Source: an uncultured delta proteobacterium (GTDB taxonomy: Bacteria; Desulfobacterota; RBG-13-43-22). Taken from it: 64,000 bases of DNA. The stretch lies in assembly GCA_963843145.1 (NCBI GenBank), contig CAWJJC010000017.1, forward strand, positions 32,001-96,000, given 5' to 3'. The position numbers were made by a program, and so were the translations under genes. The notes beneath the pieces were generated by a model that ran no database searches, was not told the origin of the DNA, and saw only the letters and a list, made by a program, of their open reading frames with translations. This document shows, one piece after another, positions 27,870-36,018 of this stretch (position 1 is the first letter of the stretch; the number at the start of each line of letters is the position of its first letter).

Positions 27870-30356
27870 GTGACTATGATTAGACCCATTGTGCTGCTCT
27901 GCTTTTTTTTCTCCGGTTTCAGCGGGTTGCTGTATGAAGTCTTATGGCTGCGCCTGCTGATCCTCATCTTCGGCTCCACTACCCTGGCCATCAGCACGGT
28001 CTTGACGGCCTTTATGGGCGGTCTGGCCCTGGGCAGCTACTTTTTCGGCCGGATGATGGATCGTCAAAAACGTCCCCTCCTCTATTACGGAATACTGGAA
28101 GGGGTTATCGGTCTTTACGCCTTGATCATCCCCTGGATCTTCGGCAGCCTGATTCCGGTCTACCAATTTCTCTGGCAGCAATTTAATTTGAATTTCTACA
28201 GCTTCACCCTCCTGCAATTCCTGCTGATTACCGTGGTCCTGATCATTCCCACCACCTGCATGGGCGCCACCTTGCCCATCCTGAGCACCTGGGCCGTCCG
28301 GGAAGAAACCACCCTGGGGGTGACCATCGGCCGTCTTTACGCCTTGAACACCTTCGGGGCCGTGTTAGGCACCGCCCTCAGCGGTTTCTTCCTGTTGCCC
28401 GCTCTGGGGGTCCAACATACCTTGTGGATCGCCGTAGGCATAAACCTGCTGGTCGCCCTGCTGATCCTCGCCCTGTTGCCCCGGTTTCCTGAGCGTCCGA
28501 TGGTGGCGGAATCTCCGGGGTCAAAACCTGCTGGGAAATTTCTGGAAGCCACTTCGGGCCTACTGCCCAAGAAGGTAGTCTGGTCCATCGTCATCGGGAT
28601 CTCCCTATCCGGATTTATCTCCATGATCTACGAAGTGGCCTGGAGCCGGACCCTGTCTCTGCTGGTGGATTCTTCGGTTTACGGTTTTACCATCATGCTG
28701 ACCACTTTCCTGGTCGGGATCGCTTTCGGGTCTCTGATTTTTTCCCGGTGGGTGGATACCTTTCGTTACCAGGGATTTACCTGGGCACTGATGCAAATCG
28801 GAATCGGGGTCCTGGCCTTCCTGAGCCTGATTTTTTTTCAGGAGCTCCCCTACCTTTACCTCTTGCTTTACCAGACCATCGGGCAGTCCATCAATTTGCT
28901 TTTGCTCGGGAAGTACCTGCTGGCTTTTTTTATCATGTTGGCCCCTACCCTTTTAATGGGCGCCCTCTTCCCCTTGACCATCAAAATCTGCATGTCCCAT
29001 CTCAACCAGGTGGGCCGACTGGTGGGCAATATTTACACTATCAATACCCTCGGCTGCATTTTGGGGTCCTTTGCCGGCGGCTTCTTCCTGATCCCGCTGA
29101 TCGGTATCCGCAACACCATCCTGTTGGGCATCGGTCTGAATCTGCTCTACGGCCTATACGTCCTCTTGATCTCCCCGGCCCCGCGCCTCTATTTGAAAAG
29201 AGCGGCTTATGCGCTGACCATTCTTTTCGCGGCCGCCATCATGGCCTTTCCACCCGAATGGAAAGCGCCCTTGATGGCCAGCGGCGTCTATATCTATGCT
29301 CATAATTTTGAAAACACCTCCCGGTCCGACCTCCTGGCCATGTATTCCCCCCAAAACGAACCCCTCTTGTATTATAAGGAAGGGCAAACCTGCACCATCA
29401 GCGTCCATAAGTCCAAGTACACCGGAACCATTTACATGAAGTCCAACGGCAAAGTGGAGGCCTCGACCAAGGGGGACATGCCTACTCAGGTGCTGGTGGG
29501 CCACATTCCGCTGCTGCTGGCGCCCAAATTGGATGAAATCCTGGTGGTCGGCATGGGCAGCGGGGTGACGATCGGATCCGTGACTACCTTCCCCGCGAAA
29601 AAAATTACCCTGGTAGAACTGGAACAGGCGGTTATCGAAGGGTCCCATTTCTTTGACCACGTCAATTACCGTCCGCTGGAGGACCCGCGGATGCTTCTAC
29701 GGGTGGCCGACGCCCGTAATTACCTCCTGGTGACCCCCGATTTTTATGACGTGATCATTTCCGAACCTTCCAACCCCTGGATGGCCGGTATCGCCAACGT
29801 CTTCACCCGTGAATTTTTTCAGCTCGGCTTCGACAAGCTTAAACCGGAAGGCGTTTTCTGCCAGTGGCTGCAGTTATATAAAATTTCCCCGGAAAGCTTT
29901 AAAACCGTTTTGCGGACCTTTCGCGCCGTCTTTCCCCACGTCTACGTTTTCCAGCCTCAGGACAAAGACCTGGTCCTGGTGGGTTTCAAAACCCCTCCCG
30001 TGTTTTCTACGGCGGAGATCGAAAAACGAATGCAATGGCCCAAAGTGGCCCAGGACCTGAAGCGTATTGAAGTTACGGAATTGAAAACCCTCCTGGATCG
30101 TTTCGTGATGGGTCCCCGGGAAATTGCCGTGCTGACTCAAAAAGGCCCGCTCAATACGGATGACAATAACATCATTGAATTTTCCACGCCCAAGTCCCTG
30201 TTTGAAGAAACGGCGGAACTGAACAGCCAGGTCCTGGAACCCTTCCGCCGTCCGGCCGGAGACTATTTTAAGGACACCCTGCCGCTTCAGAGCCCGACTT
30301 GGAAATATGACAACTTCCGGCAGACCAATAACCCGAAAAGTCTAACAGGAGACTAA
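27870..30356 (+). CDS. fused MFS-like membrane domain / spermidine synthase-like domain protein
   Basis: Duplicated membrane repeats (SGFSGLLYEVLW, GRLYALNTFGA; SGFISMIYEVAW, GNIYTINTLG) followed by VVGMGSGVT, VELE, DARNYL and DVIISEPSNPW. Confidence 0.9.
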   Translation: MTMIRPIVLLCFFFSGFSGLLYEVLWLRLLILIFGSTTLAISTVLTAFMGGLALGSYFFGRMMDRQKRPLLYYGILEGVIGLYALIIPWIFGSLIPVYQFLWQQFNLNFYSFTLLQFLLITVVLIIPTTCMGATLPILSTWAVREETTLGVTIGRLYALNTFGAVLGTALSGFFLLPALGVQHTLWIAVGINLLVALLILALLPRFPERPMVAESPGSKPAGKFLEATSGLLPKKVVWSIVIGISLSGFISMIYEVAWSRTLSLLVDSSVYGFTIMLTTFLVGIAFGSLIFSRWVDTFRYQGFTWALMQIGIGVLAFLSLIFFQELPYLYLLLYQTIGQSINLLLLGKYLLAFFIMLAPTLLMGALFPLTIKICMSHLNQVGRLVGNIYTINTLGCILGSFAGGFFLIPLIGIRNTILLGIGLNLLYGLYVLLISPAPRLYLKRAAYALTILFAAAIMAFPPEWKAPLMASGVYIYAHNFENTSRSDLLAMYSPQNEPLLYYKEGQTCTISVHKSKYTGTIYMKSNGKVEASTKGDMPTQVLVGHIPLLLAPKLDEILVVGMGSGVTIGSVTTFPAKKITLVELEQAVIEGSHFFDHVNYRPLEDPRMLLRVADARNYLLVTPDFYDVIISEPSNPWMAGIANVFTREFFQLGFDKLKPEGVFCQWLQLYKISPESFKTVLRTFRAVFPHVYVFQPQDKDLVLVGFKTPPVFSTAEIEKRMQWPKVAQDLKRIEVTELKTLLDRFVMGPREIAVLTQKGPLNTDDNNIIEFSTPKSLFEETAELNSQVLEPFRRPAGDYFKDTLPLQSPTWKYDNFRQTNNPKSLTGD

Positions 30357-30357
30357 C

Positions 30358-30705
30358 ATGACCAGTCCGTTTATCGATCCGGCCAAAGACCTTTCCATTC
30401 GACGGATCGTCTGCGCCGGCGAACCGGGGGCCGGCATCCCCAGCACCCGGAAACGCCTGGAGGAGGCCTGGGGTGCGAAGGTCTTCGACCATGTGGGGGC
30501 CACGGAGATCGGAGCCTGGGGCTACGAGTGTACCGAGCAGAACGGCCTCCACCTCAATGAAGCCCGGTTCCTGGTGGAGGTGGAAGACCTGGTGACCGGA
30601 GAGCCGATCAATGGAATTTCATTCCTTCCAGAGTCTACCCCGGCCGGAGGGCAAGGCCCGGCGGTTCAAGGACCTGAGGAAGCATTGATACTGAATTCCG
30701 GATAA
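30358..30705 (+). pseudogene. internal fragment of a phenylacetate-CoA ligase (PaaK) family gene
   Basis: IVCAGEPG, LEEAWGAKVFDHVGATEIG, GLHLNE..FLVEV; only about 80 homologous residues. Confidence 0.75.
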
Positions 30706-30735
30706 GGGCAAAAAGCAATAGGAAAGACCACGAAA

Positions 30736-30880
30736 TCGAACGTCCAACATCGAACATCGAACGTCCAACGTCGAAAAAACAAACGGCCCCATACCGAAGC
30801 ATTAAATACCGGTCTCGGCGGGATTTATTCATCTTTTCTTATTCAACATTCGATGTTGGACGTTCGATGTTCGATGTTCA
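30736..30880. repeat. palindromic element with AACATCG/AACGTCC heptamer arms (family D)
   Basis: TCGAACGTCCAACATCGAACATCGAACGTCCAACGTCGAA ... TTCGATGTTGGACGTTCGATGTTCGATGTTC. Confidence 0.85.
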
Positions 30881-30914
30881 TCTTTTTAGCATTTCTGGGG
30901 TGAAGGAGATCACG

Positions 30915-31100
30915 ATGGAACCAACCGAAATCGCCAAATTAAAAGCCTTGAGTATGCAAATTCAAATCATCAAAACCGCCGCCCTGGAGATTAAGAATCT
31001 CTCCGGAGGAGTTCAGGCGGCGGACTGCAACGCCGACCGCATTTTGGCCAGCGCCAAGATGCTGGAGATTAATTTCAGCGACCTGTTGACCGTCCTTTAA
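30915..31100 (+). CDS. small hypothetical protein
   Basis: ATG after AAGGAG; helical 61 aa with ...NADRILASAKMLEINFSD; the ORF-track extension upstream lies in the repeat. Confidence 0.7.
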   Translation: MEPTEIAKLKALSMQIQIIKTAALEIKNLSGGVQAADCNADRILASAKMLEINFSDLLTVL

Positions 31101-31114
31101 CGCGAAGAAAACCT

Positions 31115-31687
31115 ATGAAACCTGCCATTATTGTCGTCGACATGGTGAAGGACAATTTTCACGACGAGGACCACCTGCCCATTACCGCCCACGCCCGGGC
31201 CATGGTCCCGGCGCTGAACCGCTTGCTTGAGGAAGCCCATCGACGAGGAATTCCGATCATTTTTGCCTGTGACAGCTTTCTGGAAGGTGATTTCATTTTT
31301 CAGGGGAAGATGAAGGCTCACTCGTTACGAGGTACGCCGGGGGCTGAAGTGCTGGAGGCTTTGGATCAGGCCCCCACGGACATTATTTTACCCAAACGCC
31401 GCTTCAGTGCCTTCTTTAAAACCGACCTGGATATGACCCTAAAGCTGTATCAGGTCGATACCGTGGCCGTCACCGGCATCGCCACCCATTTCTGCGTTCT
31501 GACCACAGCCTTGGACGCCCTTTGTCATGACATCCGGGCGGTCATCCTGGAGGACTGCTCGGCCGCCCCCACCCCGGAAATACACCAGCGGACCCTGGAT
31601 AATTATCGGCGTAATCCCCTTTATCCGCTGCTAAGAGTCATGGATTCGGCCGCCTTCCTGCAGGAATTAATTTTTAAAGACGAATAA
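31115..31687 (+). CDS. isochorismatase-family cysteine hydrolase
   Basis: IIVVDMVKD, KRRFSAF, GIATHFCV (D-K-C triad). Confidence 0.92.
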   Translation: MKPAIIVVDMVKDNFHDEDHLPITAHARAMVPALNRLLEEAHRRGIPIIFACDSFLEGDFIFQGKMKAHSLRGTPGAEVLEALDQAPTDIILPKRRFSAFFKTDLDMTLKLYQVDTVAVTGIATHFCVLTTALDALCHDIRAVILEDCSAAPTPEIHQRTLDNYRRNPLYPLLRVMDSAAFLQELIFKDE

Positions 31688-31768
31688 TGACGATCTATAT
31701 TGGGGTTTCTGTATTCAGTACATTTATAACTCCCTTAAAATTATCTCAAGCCACGAGGCGGCCATAAG

Positions 31769-31807
31769 AAAAACCCCGGCTCCCCTTTCCGGGGAAACCG
31801 GGGTTTT
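31769..31807. terminator. bidirectional intrinsic terminator
   Basis: AAAAACCCCGG-CTCCCC-TTTCC-GGGGAAA-CCGGGGTTTT between convergent genes. Confidence 0.75.
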
Positions 31808-31850
31808 ACTCATCCTTCGAATGTATTAAACCCGGTCCGGCAGGCTTAAT

Positions 31851-32711
31851 TTATTTCTTATAATCGAACCACCCCGCGCCGGTCTTACGTCCCAGGCGGC
31901 CGGCCCGGATCATATTCTTCATCAGGGTCGGGGCCACCCACTTGCCTTCCTTGTTCAGCTCCTTATAAAAATAATCGGCTACAAACTTGCAGATATCCAC
32001 GCCGGTTAGATCCATCAACTCAAAGGGACCCATAGGGTAGTTCAAACCCAGCTTGACCGCCTTGTCCACGTCCTCCTTGGTGGCCACACCCTCCTGGACG
32101 ATGTTGATGGCTTCCAACATGTGGGGAATCATGATCCGGTTGACGATGAAACCCGGGGAATCGATCTTGACCTCCACCGTCTCCTTACCCATTTTCTTAG
32201 CCAGGTCCGTGGTCACCTGAACCGCTTCGTCATTGGTATGAAAACCCCGGATGACCTCTACCAAACGCATCAAAGGGACCGGGTTAAAGAAATGCATCCC
32301 CACCACCTTCTCGGGACGCTGGGTGGCCACGGCGATCTCGGTGATGGACATGGATGAGGTGTTGGTTGCCAGAATCACGTCGGCCCGGCAGATCCCATCC
32401 AGATCCTTAAAAACCGATCGCTTCAGGTCCATGTCCTCGATCACCGCTTCGATGACGAAATCCACTTCGGCCAAATCGGCCATGTTGGTGGTCCCCTTAA
32501 TGCGTCCCAGCACACCCTGTTTTTGGTCTTCGGTCATTTTTCCTTTTTCCACGCTTTTGCTTAAGAAGCGATCAATATTCTTGAGCCCGTTCTGGACAAA
32601 ACGCTCTTCCACATCCCGCATGATGACCTCACACCCGATGAGGGCGGCAACCTGAGCAATCCCGTTGCCCATCGTACCGGCTCCCACTACACCAATTTTC
32701 TTGATCTCCAT
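31851..32711 (-). CDS. hbd: 3-hydroxybutyryl-CoA dehydrogenase
   Basis: GAGTMGNGIA, IEAVIE, TNTSS, GMHFFNPV, PGFIVNR, YPMGPF, GRKTG. Confidence 0.92.
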   Translation of the reverse strand: MEIKKIGVVGAGTMGNGIAQVAALIGCEVIMRDVEERFVQNGLKNIDRFLSKSVEKGKMTEDQKQGVLGRIKGTTNMADLAEVDFVIEAVIEDMDLKRSVFKDLDGICRADVILATNTSSMSITEIAVATQRPEKVVGMHFFNPVPLMRLVEVIRGFHTNDEAVQVTTDLAKKMGKETVEVKIDSPGFIVNRIMIPHMLEAINIVQEGVATKEDVDKAVKLGLNYPMGPFELMDLTGVDICKFVADYFYKELNKEGKWVAPTLMKNMIRAGRLGRKTGAGWFDYKK

Positions 32712-32891
32712 AGAGTTCCTCCTTTACGAAATTTAGTAGACCATACACTAACCCCGGATTTGTTGTCAATTCCCTTTAACGATTCGGCCGGGTGAACTCC
32801 CCAACCCGAAAGATTCGAACGGCAATTTCCTTGACAGGAAACCTGCTTACCGGTATCTAATGAAGGAAACCAAATCGTTAAGGCCTCGACC

Positions 32892-33569
32892 ATGGATTTC
32901 TACCCGGAAAATATCCTTTTAGAGATTATTTCCCTGCTGAACGCCTTATCTCCGCCCGGGGGATCCCTGACCGTTCAGGCGGAGACCGAATTCTCCCTCC
33001 GGGATATGAATTTCATCTGGTGGCTGGAATATTTCCTCCGGGTGGAACCGGCTGTCTTTCAAGAAAAATTTGATTTCCTGCCCCAGTTGGAACAAAGCCC
33101 TTTGGCCGCTCAAATCTGGCGCTGCTTCCTCTACCAGCCCATCCTGCGGCGTCTTTTCCTTTCAAAATCCAGACCGCAAACGACCCATCCTTGGATGGTT
33201 ATTCGGGATGGCTCATTGCTTCAACTAACCCGCGAAGATGACCAGGCCGTTACGATGGGTCTTTTTTATATTATTCCCCACCGCCGACTCTGGCCGGGAT
33301 TGGCAACCACCCTCCGGGGCAAAATTTCTCTTGCACCTGAGGATCTGAAAAGCATTCAGACCGCCATCGAATTTACCCTGCAATCCCGCCTGGTTGACAT
33401 CCGCAGCCGGGCTGAGAGTCTGCGCTCCTTCCTGGTTCAACCGGACCCGAACCCCCTGCAGATTAAGGAATCTCCACCGGCAGACCCGGGACCGGCCATT
33501 GAAGTGTTCAAACCAAAGACGGCCAGGAAGAAGAAGAAACCCAGCGGACAATTAAATATTTTTAAGTGA
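32892..33569 (+). CDS. hypothetical protein
   Basis: 225 aa ORF occupying otherwise empty space, with a C-terminal KKKK..QLNIF tail; no motif recognised. Confidence 0.6.
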   Translation: MDFYPENILLEIISLLNALSPPGGSLTVQAETEFSLRDMNFIWWLEYFLRVEPAVFQEKFDFLPQLEQSPLAAQIWRCFLYQPILRRLFLSKSRPQTTHPWMVIRDGSLLQLTREDDQAVTMGLFYIIPHRRLWPGLATTLRGKISLAPEDLKSIQTAIEFTLQSRLVDIRSRAESLRSFLVQPDPNPLQIKESPPADPGPAIEVFKPKTARKKKKPSGQLNIFK

Positions 33570-33574
33570 AATTA

Positions 33575-33703
33575 AGTATCCGCAGGCTGGCCGCCCTGGA
33601 GGTAGAGATTCTGCTCCCCGGGCACGGGGAGGTGGTAGTGGGGAAAGAGGCGGTAGAAGCCAATTTTAGGGCGGTGGAGGAGTACTGGTTTAATTATATC
33701 TGA
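33575..33703 (+). pseudogene. C-terminal remnant of an MBL-fold metallo-hydrolase
   Basis: Manual translation SIRRLAALEVEILLPGHGEVVVGKEAVEANFRAVEEYWFNYI* (LLPGHG motif); no N-terminal part. Confidence 0.75.
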
Positions 33704-33764
33704 CGGATGCGCGCCAAGCTATTTTTAGACTTTTGGCAAGGGTTTCATTTCTGCTCAACCGACT

Positions 33765-34271
33765 TTAAGGGATAAGGCTCAGTTCCCGGCGGCATTTCTC
33801 AATCCGCAACCGGCGGAAAACGGCCCACTCCGGGTCGCCATTCAGGTTCGGGACCAACGCCGTGCCTGAAATATTCCTTTCGGCCAGTCGATCCAGGGCC
33901 AAGCGGACCTTCTCGCTTCGGGCTCGCTCCAATTCATCTTGAAAAAGTCTCACTATCTCTTTATAGCGTTTAAGGTTGGAAGACCAGAGGCTTTCCAGCA
34001 GGTCCCAGCGTTTCCCGTTGTCGGCGCCCGGTTCGATGGCGCCGATTATTTCCTGTTTCAGCAAAAGGTCCCCACCCTCGGATTCCCCTAATTTCTGCAG
34101 CGCCGCCAAAACGCCGTTCACCTCGATCAAATCGTCCAGATACTTTTGGACCCAACCCCGGGCTTTCCCCAGCCATTCCTGCCCCTTCAGCCTTCTTTTT
34201 TCCTCGGGGGAAAGGGACAGATTCCTGGTTTTCTCCATAATAAGGTCTATGGTGCTGCGAATTTCGCCCAT
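33765..34271 (-). CDS. conserved-looking hypothetical protein
   Basis: Starts MGEIRSTIDLIMEKT after GAGG; ISGTALVPNL motif; the ORF-track extension comes from the repeat. Confidence 0.75.
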   Translation of the reverse strand: MGEIRSTIDLIMEKTRNLSLSPEEKRRLKGQEWLGKARGWVQKYLDDLIEVNGVLAALQKLGESEGGDLLLKQEIIGAIEPGADNGKRWDLLESLWSSNLKRYKEIVRLFQDELERARSEKVRLALDRLAERNISGTALVPNLNGDPEWAVFRRLRIEKCRRELSLIP

Positions 34272-34281
34272 ACTTTTCCTC

Positions 34282-34399
34282 AAATCCGAAATTCGAAACA
34301 CGAAATCGACTCGGCTGAGCGGCTCGACCTGAGCTCGCCGACAGGTCTAGTCGTAGGCCGAAAGAACAACGAATTCTTGAAATTCAAAAATATCAAAAC
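34282..34399. repeat. family A arm with doubly nested mini-inserts
   Basis: AAATCCGAAATTCGAAACACGAAATC[GACTCGGCTGAGC{GGCTCGACCTGAGCTCGCCGACAGGTC}TAGTCGTAGGC]CGAAA. Confidence 0.85.
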
Positions 34400-34436
34400 A
34401 AAAAACCTCGACCTCGTATAGCGGGTCTTCCAGAAA

Positions 34437-35009
34437 TTAAGCGTGTCCAACCGTGTCCGTCAATAAGGCAAGATCGACACCCAATAATTTGGCAGCCATT
34501 TCCCAGCGCTGGGCAACGGGCGCCTCAAAGATAATCTGTTCATCCGCCGGGCAGGTCAGCCAGGCATTGGCCATAATCTCCGCTTCCAGTTGACCCGGCC
34601 CCCAGCCGGCGCACCCCATGGCAATGATAAAGGCCGCCGGCCCTTGTCCCCGGGCCAGGGCCTCTAAGATATCCTTGGAGTTGCTGAGCGCCAGAGAAGT
34701 CGTTATCGAATGGTTGCCCTCCCAATCAAAAGGGGGCCCGTGCAGGATAAAGAGTTGCCCTTTGTGAACCGGCCCCCCCACATGAATGGGTATTTCTTCC
34801 CGCCCCGGGATGAAAGGTAATCCCAGTTCCTCGAAAATCGCCAAGCCGGTCAAATCCGGGTAGACCCGGTTTATCACCAACCCCAAGGCTCCTTCCACGG
34901 AATGCTCGCAGATACAGGTTACGGTTTGATGGAAATTAGGATCCAGCAAACTCGGCATGGCGATGAGAAACTGCCCTTTTAGAGAATGAGAATCTGTTCT
35001 AAACGTCAT
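34437..35009 (-). CDS. YqgE/AlgH family protein (UPF0301)
   Basis: FLIAMP.L.DPNF, GALGLVINR, GGPV, GCAGWGPGQLE.E...NAWL and C-terminal GHA. Confidence 0.95.
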   Translation of the reverse strand: MTFRTDSHSLKGQFLIAMPSLLDPNFHQTVTCICEHSVEGALGLVINRVYPDLTGLAIFEELGLPFIPGREEIPIHVGGPVHKGQLFILHGPPFDWEGNHSITTSLALSNSKDILEALARGQGPAAFIIAMGCAGWGPGQLEAEIMANAWLTCPADEQIIFEAPVAQRWEMAAKLLGVDLALLTDTVGHA

Positions 35010-35073
35010 AGCATTAATCTAAGAAAACCCTCGAAAGGAGTCAAGCTTAATCACCAGACCCGGAACCCTGGGC

Positions 35074-35802
35074 TTAAAGGGGTACGATTTCTAAATCTCC
35101 CCAGAGACCCAACTGATCTCCCAGGACTACTAAAACGCCATCGACCCCCGGGATGGTTTGAGCGAAGGCCAAGGCCTCGGGCAGGTCCTTCCGGGTCCGG
35201 ACGCGATTTCCCACTGCCGTGGCCGCCGCATCGGCCAGGATCGCCGAAGAGGAGCGTACGGCCACTGCATCCGCTAGGCCGAAACTCAAGGAATGCCCGA
35301 CCGTTCCGGAAGAGGTGCAAAGGCCCACCGACTCCTCGGCAGGCGGCAAGGAAATCCCGATCCTCCGACTGAGCGGGGAAGTCCCGGCGAAAAGACCCAC
35401 GGTCAGGGATTCCCGACAGGAAATAAAACAGTCTCCCCCATTTTCAATAATGATTTCCGGGGAGAGGTCCAGCAGATCATTTCCCACATATTGAGCGACA
35501 GCCCCGGCCACGGCGGCCATCGGTCCCACTCCGACCGCCCTCCCGGCCGCCAGCATCTCTTTAATAATTCCCGGCGCCAGAGGATCGGGAGGCAGCGGCG
35601 TCAGCGCCTCTCCAAACTCCGGATGTTGGCGGAGATACTCTTCGATGGTCTGACGATGGCGGTAAAGCCGCTCATATCCTTCCTCAGCCAAATTTCGACG
35701 GGCCCTAATCCAGAGGTCGCTTTCCTTGACCTGGATGGTAAAGGATACCCAGTCGGGAGAAGCGGTTTGGGTGCGGTAAAAACGTTCCTGGTAGGAGACC
35801 AT
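35074..35802 (-). CDS. UPF0280 / ApbE-like family protein
   Basis: YQERFYR, VKESDLWI, VGPMAAVAGAVA, IENGGD, CTSSGTVGHSLSFG, ADAAATA. Confidence 0.9.
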   Translation of the reverse strand: MVSYQERFYRTQTASPDWVSFTIQVKESDLWIRARRNLAEEGYERLYRHRQTIEEYLRQHPEFGEALTPLPPDPLAPGIIKEMLAAGRAVGVGPMAAVAGAVAQYVGNDLLDLSPEIIIENGGDCFISCRESLTVGLFAGTSPLSRRIGISLPPAEESVGLCTSSGTVGHSLSFGLADAVAVRSSSAILADAAATAVGNRVRTRKDLPEALAFAQTIPGVDGVLVVLGDQLGLWGDLEIVPL

Positions 35803-35845
35803 CGGCCGTTCGGTCGCTAACTAGAAATATTTGATTTATTGGTTC

Positions 35846-35972
35846 AAATTCGAAATCCGAATATCGAAATCCGAAACGTTTTTGTTTGGGTCATTTGAAT
35901 TTTGGACCTTCGTGCTTGTTTCGGCCTGCGACGAGCTCAGCCGAGTCGATTTCGTGCTTCGGATTTCGAGTT
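35846..35972. repeat. family A element with a single 24 bp insert
   Basis: ...CGTGCTTGTTTCG[GCCTGCGACGAGCTCAGCCGAGTC]GATTTCGTGCTTCGGATTTCG; insert at 35924..35947. Confidence 0.85.
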
Positions 35973-36018
35973 TAATTGATATCTTCCTGAATTTGGTCTC
36001 TACCCTGGCAGCGGTTGT

